A stretch of DNA of 64,000 nt from Raillietiella orientalis (taxonomy: Eukaryota): NCBI GenBank assembly GCA_036172245.1, contig JAYWIR010000031.1, positions 1-64,000 on the forward strand, read 5' to 3'. Under the pieces are notes generated by a model that had not been told where the DNA came from, ran no database searches, and saw nothing but the letters and a program-made list of their open reading frames with translations. Positions 25,583 to 37,315 of the stretch are shown one piece after another; positions within the stretch are counted from its first letter, which is position 1, and every line of letters starts with the position of its first letter. A program made the translations under genes and the position numbers.

Positions 25583-26188
25583 AGGGGGAAGTGTGAACGC
25601 AAACTGTGCCCGGTGTGGGGAGCGGGAATCCCTCCCGCACCTGTTAGTAGACTGTATTGCCCTCCGACCCCTTTGGAAACGGTTAGCCGAGACCCTCCGG
25701 TTGCGCAGTGGCAGCACCCCTAGGGACGTCATGCGCCTCCTCTTCGTGAGGGACGTCCTGCAGCCAGCCGCAGCCTTGGCAGCACTTTGCTGCATCCGCG
25801 GGATTGTAGCTGCCTGGAGCGGCGGCGATACAGGAGGAAGCAACCAAATAGACGTCGTCGAATACGCAGTTCGCTTTCTGGGAATAGCCTCCGATGGCCC
25901 CACCTGAGGTTATTCCGGAAGGACCTCGCCAGGATCCTGCGAAGGATGAACCCTCCTCCTGAGGGTCGTGATCCCTTCCCTTCCCCTCCAGAGTGATTTC
26001 TTCTTTCTTCTTTCATTTTATTTTTGTTTTTTGTTCTCTCCCAATCCCCCTTCGCTGCCAAGAGCGGTCCCGTCAGTACTGACGTACTGACGACCCGGCA
26101 GGTCCACCGACTGATTGGCCGTACTGGAGCTCCGTACCAGATTGTTCCAGGTAGAATTTTCAAATAAATTCTCCGGCTTGATCGGGTG
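25575..26188 (+). mobile_element. Subfamily I 3'-terminal fragment
   Basis: CARCGERESLPHLLVDC...; tgatcccttccc stop context near 25968; conserved 3' UTR; AATAAA at 26163. Confidence 0.88.
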
Positions 26189-26540
26189 TCAACGTCAAAA
26201 CAAACGTTTCGCACCGCTTCTGCCACCCTACTCCGAACAAGGAATGCTACTCTGCAGGTATTCTGGGAGCCTTGCCGCCAATGGAACGTCCCGCCTGCGC
26301 GACCTGCAAGATCGGTCGCTTATTGTTCGGAGATGGCGTGGATCTCCTGCAGCAGGACCAGATCGAAGTCGCGCAAGACGTTACCTACCAAGTGCCTCTT
26401 CTTGGCGTCTTGCAGTTGACGTTTCAACAGGCCACGCGGGCGTGACAAGATGCGAGCCCGCGCATTACTGCTGCGGACATGGCGACGCGTTCCTGGCCTC
26501 GTCCGGCGAGGCATCAGCCGGGAGCACGACAGATTGGGGA
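26189..26540 (-). mobile_element. Subfamily J fragment (ORF1/ORF2 junction and EN N-terminus); right edge of the array
   Basis: DAKKRHLVGNVLRDFDLVLLQEIH, similar to element D; TAATG at 26467-26463. Confidence 0.82.
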
Positions 26541-26599
26541 GCGGTTCTGTCATAATCACCAAATCGCGATTATGCGTTCACGTTGCGTATTCGTTCCTC

Positions 26600-27660
26600 A
26601 AACATGCTAACGCAACCTATCCCGACATTTCATTTCGTTGATGAGCACACAGTCAGGCAAGAGATTAGTCTAATGACGCCTCGGGGATCGAATGGCACGT
26701 AAACCAAGATCACGCTTCGGAATGGCAACAGTTGTTCAGCGTGCCAGTTTACGATTTCTCGCTTGCTTGTGCTGGCGCCTAGCGTTGCGATCGCGGCTCT
26801 GGAAGCCGGTCCAACTTCGTGCCCCGGAATTAAGGCGGACTTGTTCCAGGTTGCCCTCATTATCTGTACCTGGGGGCATGAAAGGAAGGAAACCTTGGCT
26901 TTTTTTCTGTCCTTGTGGTGGCGACCAGCTCGTGCCGGACTCGTGCTATTTGGCGTACGCGATTCTGGCATTTAAGACGCCGTCCTGAAATGACACACAA
27001 GATACGAAGTACTTCCCTTGACCTCGACGAAAAGGGTGGAGTATGCATGGGTTTGACAATGAAAGCTGTACGTCTTTTGCTGCTTTGGCGCCTTTGCGTG
27101 CGTGACAAGGTGCTGTGTAGCACGAGTAGGAACGTGGTTGTTGCAACATCGCGGAAGCGCACCACCCACAAAGCAGTTTCGGGTGCAGGCTGATTCTAGG
27201 AACGTGTGGAGCAAGAACTCGATAATGTTTGCCAGATTGAGCCAGATTGAGATTTTCGTTTTGTACGAATATTGGAGTGAGGACGATCCGTGGGGATTAT
27301 TCACCATCTCCACTTCTGAGTCACCATCCTGCCAATCTCCTAGCCGAGGCTCTGCTCTTCGGGATCTTGCTTACCTACAGCTGGTGGCGCAAGCAGTGCT
27401 TGCAATCTGCATCGTTTGCACCACCGGCTGAAATTCCGTATTCTTCCTCTTAAATCTTCATGTGTTCACAGTACTAGTAACTGTTTTGCCATCACCTAAT
27501 GCAAGTCCTTTGGAGTGAACATTGTACTGCTGATGAATATTATGTTTCAGAATTGTTAACAGTTTGAATAAGCTGTCAAGAGCAAAGCTAAGCTCGTTTT
27601 TTATGCAGATTGGATAGACTGACTCCGTTGATTTACCAGCGTATAATTTCTCGTTGGCCA
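26600..27660 (-). pseudogene. Possible decayed hAT-superfamily transposase
   Basis: Frameshifted remnants resembling EEYGI...C.(A/R)HQL and LQQ..VPTR (compare DVxTRWNS) in the expected order. Confidence 0.4.
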
Positions 27661-28553
27661 TTCTTGCTGGTATGTAGATAGATTTCTTTATTTGATATTA
27701 TTATTATTGAAAAAAATATATTACACCTTCTTGAAAATTCTCAATGGTTGATGCACCAGACCAGAGAAGATTCTCATGCCATCCGACGTAACCAAGGCGA
27801 TAATCGGTAATCCACTGCTGCGATCTGTTTCGCCGCAATCTGTTTTTTGGCCGGGTCCGATGAAAACAGTCCTAAACCAAGCGGTCCGTACGTCTCACCG
27901 AAGTACAACATCGAGTGTCGCTTTCTTCGATCTGTAAAGTGGTTTTCCTCGTTTCTCTCGGTTTCTTGGTAACGGGCAGGTTGAGTAACTTGGGAATACT
28001 CACAACTATAACTTGGAAATACAAGTTACTCAATTTGGAAGTACAGCTTGCACAAAATCAATGAAATGCAGTTATTTGAAGAAGAAAAAAAGGGCTAAAG
28101 GGGCAAACATTGAACATGGAAAGGGGAAAAAAAAATAGACATGCTATTTGCTGTGAACATAAAGGGAAACATAAGGCATTTCTTTTCATAGATGATGTGT
28201 AAAATTATAGTCACAAAGTTTTTTTTTGGAAGGTTGGTACAAACAATTAGAAGCAGGGACTTAGTTATCAAAAGTGAACGAGTGTATGCATACATGACAT
28301 GAACCTTAACATACTACCATCTGCTTTTGTGCTTAAAGTCTGGCACAGTTGTATGAAACAATGAATTGTTTTAACATGAGCTATTGAACTTGAGAACAGT
28401 ATCTATTCTAGATCCACGATACCTACACCATCTATTATATTTTTCCCTTTAAGGAATCTTTGTAATTATATAAGCCTTCCCTTTCCAATTTAAAAAACTT
28501 TCATTTGTCCCTGAATGCTTATGTGCATTAAAGTATCAATATAGACAAAAACT

Positions 28554-31500
28554 TCAAGTTTTATTGTTGTGCAGTTTTTTATGACGCAAAATTTCTGCCA
28601 GTGTTAGTTTCAATTCCTGTTTACAGTTCTGACAAAAATATGACTTCTTATTTGGATTGTCAGTACCACTAGAAACATGATCTGCAAGAAACAACAAAAC
28701 TTATTTAAATACAATTATCAAGAAGATACTTACCAAAACGATCTTTGTGACATGATGCTAAATGAGCAATGTCTTCCAGTGCCACAGCACCCAACTCTTG
28801 ACCACAATTGGGGCATGGCCACAGTTCCAATGCTCCAATAGAATCTCTGTTAGGTAAGCTACAGCAAGCCTCACATAGCACAAAACCTATATCACACTCA
28901 CCATCCATAAGTTAAATATGTTGAAAGCAACACGCCTCCTTTCATAGAATCTCTTTGGGGCACGAACTCAGGAAACAAAGGATTTTCAGTAACATAACTG
29001 TCTTGATATGAAGGACCAGCATACATAGTTTTCAAATCAGCAGCTAAAAGGCGCTTCAGTCGATATGAAGCTTCTAGTGTGTGATAAAAATGAATGAGTC
29101 CATTACAAAGGCGTGTTTCTAGGATGGCCATTTCTTTTTGTGGGTGTTCTTCTAGTTTGCCCTTGAGTAACTTTTCCCAAAGGCTACGTAATTCCAGAGC
29201 CTTGGCTAAGAATATCTGACCCTCTTGATAATTTTTAAATTCCAAAAGTAGCCACTGATCACAAGCCACTTGTGTCATTTGATGATCAGTTTCAAGCACA
29301 TGACTAAATAAGAGAAGTGTCTGTGCTGCTGGCACTCGCATAGAGTTCATAAGATATGGTTTTGTAGTCTCCAGGAGTGATCTGTTATTTCATAGCATGC
29401 ACTCAATTGGATTCCCACCTTACATACACATATACCAGCAACTGGTGTTGGCTGCTTAAAGGATGCAGAGGATCTTCATCATGTTGCTGACATTCCTGTG
29501 GTTGAAGCATCTCAGGATTGTTGGCATAAACTCCCATAGGATGGAGGAGTGTGAATGGTTTAGCACGAGTATGAAAAAACTGATCTGACCCAGAACGATA
29601 AGAGTTGTGATTATCAGCCACAGCTAAGTGTGGATAAAGGCTACTAGTGACTACCACTTTAAGCAATGTCACTTCTCGAAAACTGCTAGTACGGCTTCTT
29701 TCCAAGAGCTCATGTACTTGCATAGTATCATTTTTCAAGCGAAACTCCACATCTCGAATATCAATATCTTCTGCATTGCCATCCTCAAAAGCAAGAGGAT
29801 CTGTACTACCATCATCTACTTTTAACACTTTTCGCTGATGCTGAGCAACTGAATGGAATTTCCGCTTTAGACCACGTAACATTTTAAGTTCTCCATGTCG
29901 CAGTGATCGTTCTGCCCCTGACATTTCGGATCCAAAATCATTATCTTGAAGCAACTTTGCTTCCTTGAGGACCTGTTGGAACTGAGCCTGCAGTTTCACC
30001 ATTTCATAAAAGCGCTGTTCTTCTAGTCCACGATGCTTACACCAGTTGCGACTGTTGCCATTATCATTCACCTTTTCCTCCATCCAGGCAGTGAAAGCTG
30101 TTAATAGGCTAAAGGGATCACCTAAATTGGATTCTAGCTGAGTACGTAGTGCCTATTGGGTTGCAATAACACACTCTTTCCAAGATCTTGATCTTACCAC
30201 ACAATCAGAATCACGATAACTCCTATTAGTAAAAGGAGACTGGACACTAAGAGCTGCTGCTAGGATCAATGCTGGTGTCATTTGATGGAAGAGACAGCCA
30301 TTGATGAGCATTTTGCCAATAGGTACATCCACAGGAAGATGAGAAAGCATCTCTCCCATTGGAGTTAAGATCTCCTTTTCATTTAAAGCACCCTGAGATA
30401 TACTGTGTAAGGATTCTTTGGAAAAATTGCAAAAACCTGTTCTTTGAGAGATGTGATAGAATTTTCTAAGGATTCCAGGGAAGGAGCATCTAGAAAAGGA
30501 AACTGACGAACATCAGGCAGACCCATAGAGAGCATCTGTAGAATAAGAGAATCCAGAGGTACTCTGAGTATTTCTGGAGTGGAAAAGGAGGATAAAGCAT
30601 CATATTCAGATTCTGAGTATATACGAAAGCAAACACCAGGTCCCGTGCGTCCTAAAATACAATAAATTGCCCTGAATTTTTTACTCAAATTTTACCTGCA
30701 CGTCCTTTCCTCTGTTCAGCACTTGCCTGGCTAATCCAGAATTCTTTGAGTCTCTGCATTCGAAAAGCTGCATCATAACTCATTTCTTTCACTTTTCCAC
30801 TATCCACAACAAAGCGAATTCCATCAATAGTGAGTGAGGTTTCAGCAATATTTGTAGATAAGATGCATTTTCGAACACCCTCAGGAGCAAAATCAAAAAC
30901 TCGATCCTGTTCAGCCAGGGAGAGTGAACTGTGTAAGAGCAGTATAATCCAGTTAGAACGTGTCTGAGCATAATCCCGAGCAGCATCTGCCACTGACTGA
31001 ATCTCTTGCAGACCACTGAGGAAAATAAGTAAATCGCCTCTCTCTGAAGAAGGGTAATTATTATCAATATGCTGTAGTATTCGCACATATGGAGCAGGGT
31101 TCAATCGTTCCATACGACCAGTGCGTTCACTTAACTGTAGTGGAAGGTATTTCACAGAGATGGGAAACAAACGTCCAGGGATCTAATTTTGCCAATTTTT
31201 GTAAATCACTAAACCATACAAACCTGAATTATTGGTGCATTCCCATGAAAATAGTCATGTAGCAGCTGAACATTAATGGTGGCTGACATAAGAATCACCT
31301 TAAGATCATCACGTTGTTGTATAAGACATTTGATCACTCCAATGAGAAAATCACCAAATAGGTGACGCTCATGAATTTCATCTAATACAATCACCTTATA
31401 AGTGGATAGCATGGGATCCATGGCCACCTAAAGGTCACTTGGTTTTTGTATAAAGTCAATCCATCTACCTGACGCAGCAGCAAGCCTTCAGTTAAAAATA

Positions 31501-32380
31501 ATATTTTCGTGTGAGGTGTGCGTCGCCTTTCAAAACGAATTTGATAGCCCACCCTGGAACCGAATTCATTCAATGTTTCCAATGCTACCCGTTTAGACAA
31601 TGAGATGCAGGCAAGTCTCCGTGGTTGTGTACAAGCTAAGAGAAGAGGTTTTATGAATGACAAAGTCTCCTACCAATAAATTCAAAGCCTGCATTCAATA
31701 AAAACTGAGGAAGCTGGGTACTCTTTCCACACCCAGTGTCTCCAGCAAGAATCATGACTTGGTGATTGCTGACTGTATTGAGAATTTGTTTCCTGTAAGA
31801 AAGCTTGCAGATTCACATACATATGTGAAGGGATAACAAACCGGAATGCAGCTATGGGTAAGTGCATTTGAAATTCCCTTAATTTCTTCATTTTGATAAA
31901 TTTTTCTTTTTGAAGAAAATTGACAAACATATGCAAAACTTGCTGGAATTCCTGAACCTTCTGCTTGGAAATGAGTTTCCTTTTTTCCCAGGATTCCATT
32001 GGAGGCAAGCGATCGTATAAGTCGTCCAGTTTGTCCATTTCGATCCGAAAACAGATTAAGTGCATCTGTGAATAGATGCCCGATATTCCTAATTCCTTAT
32101 GTGCTTCACAAAAATCATTAACTGAAACTTTTCTGGGGGCTTTGTTTTGAATATCAACATACTTTTTTAAAAATTTCCAAAATTCTACATAAGTATCTGT
32201 TCCTTTTTTTATAATATCGCTATCACCAAAAAACATTCTGTCCAATTCGAAAACATGTTTCTCAAACGAAAATTCTTTGTCCTCCACATGTCTAAACTCT
32301 CCATGAAATCTTTCTCTTTCATGTTTAGCATGTTTTTTTCTTTTCTTGTCTTGAGAATCGGATTTTCTTTTATGCGACAT
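28554..32380 (-). CDS. DHX34: DEAH-box RNA helicase DHX34 (NMD factor), 11 exons
   Basis: Motifs [35 protein letters not shown] and QRKGRAGRTG; HA2/OB region and C-terminal zinc fingers. GT-AG introns at 31793-31841, 31636-31673, 31428-31468, 31183-31223, 30652-30695, 30393-30436, 30153-30197, 29382-29427, 28859-28901 and 28682-28733 restore one frame. Confidence 0.93.
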
Positions 32381-34879
32381 GCGTCCGTTCGCCGAGATCC
32401 CTCCAAATATTGGCGCACCGTTTCAGTGCTCATGCACTTTGTTGTACTTTATGAGACATGCATGCCATGTTAACGAATAAATACTGCAGTTTTATATAAA
32501 CAAAAATAAAGATACAGTTGTACATAGAATACACAATTCAATATTTACATAACAAGGTGACAATACTTCTCTTACAACTTTTTATTGCAACAATCCTATG
32601 ATAAATACTAATGAAGAATAATACGATAAAGGAAACAGAAAGGAAACTAAAAGAATCAAGCAATATTACTCAAATAGAGATAAAATCATAATCGTATTAT
32701 TCTAAAAGATGATACCATAAGAAAAAACAGGTAATTGCATATTCTTTTTCCTAATATAGAAATTTTTGCAGAAATTGCCAAAGACTGTCGCATACAGCTA
32801 CAATTTCAATAAGAATTTTCCACAGAATTAAGTCAAAAAGAAATTAGCTGAGTTTATTTCTTGTTTTTGACTTGTCAGTAAAATTGACGATTCTTGAACA
32901 TCTTTAAAAGGAACACGGTTAGTCACCAATTGGAATATCTCTTGGTTATTATACCATCCATAATGTCGGGAAAACAATTTTCCAAAATCTTGTTTTGTAA
33001 AGATTTTTTTATCATCCAGAACTAGTAGGACGAGTCTTAATTCTGTCTTTTCTAGCACTGGGTTTATGACTCAGATTTGGAAAGCAGAGGGATAATAATA
33101 TCAACAAAGCTATAATTTTGTGTCCTCAATATTTAAAATATATAGTGAGAGATCTATGAGGCCGTTCAAAGTCCCATAAATGAAGGGAAAAGCACATTTT
33201 TTCTTACGAATCATGTCCAAGTTCCATTTTAATTTTTTTTCATTTATTCGAAGGAACACCGAACTTTTTGCCAATCAGATTGTTAATCTCGACATCTCAT
33301 CTTATTCGCTTTATGCTATTTAGCTTTAATGTGCTTTGCTATTGAAACACCTATCTTATTACATCCTTGCTACTTTGTTTTCATTATTTATAGCTAGAAA
33401 TCTCTCAACATTACAGTAGCTGTACCCACTTCCGCTTTTCATAATTTAAAAGCAGGCTGCAAATAGAAAATAAAGCCCTTCAAATCAATGCGGCAAAAGT
33501 TCCGGTAAGCTCTCTACATGCTTTAATGATAATTCATAATCATGACTTGATACACATTAAGCTCACAATAAGGTGAAAAGTGCATTGCATGGAACACTTT
33601 AGCATTCCATTTCACTGCAGTAAGCAGAATACATTTAGTATTCTTTGTAGAAGTGCATTGTAAAATTATTAGGCATTGAATTTTCAAGTATCGGAGTTTT
33701 ATTGCTTATCTCAATAACTGAGTCTTCGATAAATGCGTGTTCCTCGAGTGATCACTGTAAAAAAAAAAGCTACGATCTCAATGGAGATGCACTGATCACA
33801 TGCTTGCATGTGAGATCCCTTATTTGTGCTTTTCAAAATTGTGGATGCTTAGAAAGAAAACTTCAAACTCAAACTACCCTCTGGTTTCGAAATATCGGCT
33901 TCTGAAAAATTTTTACAGAACTTGAGTGGAAAGGTAGAAAAGAAGAAAGGGGGAAAAAGGAGAAACGTATCAGGAGATCCGAGATTCGCAAAACCTAAAT
34001 TTTATTTTAGAACTAGTAATCCTCAGTCTGTAGGTTCAACCAAATTATGGATGAAAAATAGTTACAACTTCCACTATGAACAATGATTTCACCATTTCTT
34101 ATGCTGGATTTTAATTGAATCTACTTGAAAGCCAACAGAAAAAAGTGTTCAAATCTGTCTCTCTTATTATTCTGTTAATAAGTTGTTCCTGCGTGGTCTC
34201 CTTCTTGCTACCTCAGTTATTATAGATGCAAGGATGTTAGTCGTTTTCTTTTTGACAAACCCGTAAGTAATGATTTTCAGCCATCTGGAATATTGAAATG
34301 CATCCAGTTTGAAGAACAAGTGTTATTTGGGCTGTTGACAAGACACCAACCCGTACCCCCTTCTCGCAGAAATTTAGAGAAATTGGTGTTTGAGTGTATC
34401 GGCATTTATATACACATGATGCTTCGGTAGAACTGCATGTAAATTAGTTGATATTTCCTGTTCTGCAGAGAACATCTTCGATTGTGCTGATTATGGATGC
34501 AGAGGAACTTCAACCTTTTACCTTTGCGGGAATCTTCTACCTGAGACGGTGTTCAGCTCTCATGCAGGTGGTGCAAAAGATGGGAGGAACGACTAGGCAT
34601 TGTCTGCAACAAATGAATCAGCAACCAGACCATCATCACGAAACTGTGATCCGGATTAAGAAAGCTGCTCTGAACCAACCAGAATATTACGGGAACGGAT
34701 TCAGCGCAAAAGCAGGATCTAGTGCTCCGGGGAGGAAGGAATGTACTCATGTCAGACGTAGCTTACCTTTGAAACCATCCATTAGTGGTGCTAAAAGAGG
34801 CAAGGAAGAAGAAGGGGAGCTAGTGATGGGATTGGGATTGGCTCTCCAGCTTGCCTCAAAAAGTGTTCCATCTATTAAA

Positions 34880-35350
34880 GGAACGGTCACAGTTGGAGGT
34901 CTGGGATCCTGAGATCAGAAAAATGGTGAAGTGTTGAGAATGATAACAGTACCCAGGTCGCAGGTTGAGCGCACCAGAAAAGCAAGTGATGTGCTCGGAC
35001 ATGAAGTAATCCCAGTCTGTGTGCTGCAAACATTGGATGGGCCACCTCTCATACTGCAAGAAAACTCGAAAATCACTAGAAAAGAGAAAAAGCAGGAGTG
35101 AAAACTCCTCCATTTTATTTGTCTGTTTATATTCCCTTGCTAAGATGCACGTATTGAAATTAAAATAATTCCGACAGTATCTCATTCAATAATTGACTTT
35201 TCAGATAGACTGAAGATTTTCAGTGCGATGATGATCAGCAGAGCAGACACACCATCTTGGCACCATCTCTTACAGAAGCAAACAAGTAGACGGATTGTTG
35301 GACGCAACCTTGACGTCATTTGTCATGAAAATGCAAACTAGTTCTCTGTG
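34880..35350 (-). pseudogene. Possible Tc1/mariner transposase relic
   Basis: Frameshifted remnants resembling QQDGAP and SPDL.PCD (atcccagacctccaactgtgac). Confidence 0.3.
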
Positions 35351-35799
35351 GTGTCTTGTTAATTCTGCACATAAAAGCCGAACTCTCTCTTTTCAGATTG
35401 AACCATGAGAGAGTAAGGAGCAGCTATGCTCTCTGCAAACTCCGAAGGGATGCTTTCAGAGAATATTTCTAGAGGGGGGAAGTTAACACACCAGAGTTGT
35501 TTCAATTGGTGAAAATGCCACGAAGCTGGCAAACTGCTTGAGATGGACCATAGCATAAAGGATAGAAGGATCGAAGGTTCAGAAAGATAGAGGATCATAA
35601 GGATTGAAGATCGAGACGGCATCAAGCATTTGCAACAGGCGGCAATATGAAATGTGCAGATTTCTTTATCAGAAACGACATCTGTGTTCGATATTGTGAG
35701 AACTCGACATTTGTTTGCTCTCAATGCCTTGAATACAAGAATATCCAATTCGTCATGGGATGGACAAAGAACAAGCTCACGAAGAATGTAAAATGACGT

Positions 35800-36400
35800 A
35801 CAAACACAACTGTATCTGAACAATCTAAAAATGGAGAAGAGAGATTTCTAAAGAAGATAAGCATGCATGGTGGATCCATCATCTCCATTCCATGAACAAA
35901 AGATAGCTCAGATGCCCCAAATATTTACACCCAACTAGTGCCGGTGAAGATAACCTTAGCTATCGTCTGGAATTCCAGTGGGTCGGTGATAACTCATTTC
36001 ATCCTAAAGAAGAGATCATTTGCATTACCCGATACAGGAAAAGATCAAGAAATGAAACGAGATCAGTGATTCTATCCAAAAGCTGGAGAAAGCTTTTTGA
36101 TTTAATAACCTTACTATATGATGCTGAGATGCTTCAAGGTCCTAAAGGTACGACTCAGATGCTGGAGGAATTTAAGTTCGAGACTTTCGCCACACCCAAC
36201 ATAAAAATCTGGTTGACACCATGCAACCTCTCTCCCTATGGCATAATCAAAGATGAGCTAACAAACAGACAAACATCTTCAAAGCAGAGAAATGGAGGCG
36301 CAAGATTCTTTGTATGCGTGGAGATAAAAGTTTTTTTTTTTTTTTTTGTCTACAGGCGAAAGTTTGTGAAGAGCCGAAACAAGCATCTAAATGGATACTG
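35800..36400 (+). pseudogene. Decayed mariner transposase
   Basis: Remnants in the expected order: WIHH; VW..G.I; LLYDA (compare LLHDNA); EEFKFE...LTPCN...GIIKDEL (compare HPPYSPDLAPCD..LFG.LK). Confidence 0.5.
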
Positions 36401-37315
36401 ATAAGCTTCCCTTATATCCTTGCATTTTCATTTAGCTTATGCATATCTCCGGTCCTTTTTGGATTACACAAATGAACTCGTTGTACTGGGTCGGAGAAAT
36501 CTACTTGCGGAACGTACGTGTTGCAAACTTTTCTGAGAATCAAGGCGTCTGTGAGAATAGAAATAAAACATGTCAGAGTCTTTTTTGCCACTGAACCTGC
36601 TGCTAGATTAATTCTACATGTTAATAATCTTCACCCTTCCATGGATCACGAAGAATCAGTCGATCTAATGAGCGAATCATATAGCACTGAACACATATGA
36701 GCATGTTGAAAAATGATTAGTTCAAAATTCGAAAGTACAAATCCAGTTCCACAGCCAGATGATGTAGGAACAATCATCTTTGTAGTAATGTATCCAGTAA
36801 TGCATCTGTGCTTCGGTTGGCCTCTGGTATGTGAACAAACAACTAAACATATTGTCTCACTCTCAACTCTTCAGCTGCATACATGGATACTAAGTAGGTG
36901 CTTTCTTTAATTGCAGAATCACATTATACAAACGAAAGTTTCATTTTTGCGAAATAATGAGCCTAAAAGACAAAAAAATAGAATTGTTTAGAAGTGATGC
37001 GCGACGACCTCCCTATGAGAAACAGTACAACTCTGAATGATGACGATGACAGTAGTGTTAAGGAATTTTTCCCTTAGTTCAAAGCAAAGATTGGAGGAAT
37101 TCACACTTAAACAAAATAGTCATTTCTTTATTTCGTTTCTTTCAGCTCAATCTTCGATCCACTTTCTTTTGTCTTACTTAAATGGAGAATAACCTGACTT
37201 TATGAAACTCTGGCAAACTGCCTGCTCTTGTTTACTAAATCCTCACTTCGTGTGAATAGCCCTTGAATGTGGATAACCACTTGAATAAGTCTGTTGTGTT
37301 CGGCTAGCAGCCACC

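Noticed and set aside
1..26540. HeT-A/TART-style telomeric retrotransposon array
   Set aside because: Element tails point in both directions and I saw no TTAGG-type repeats.
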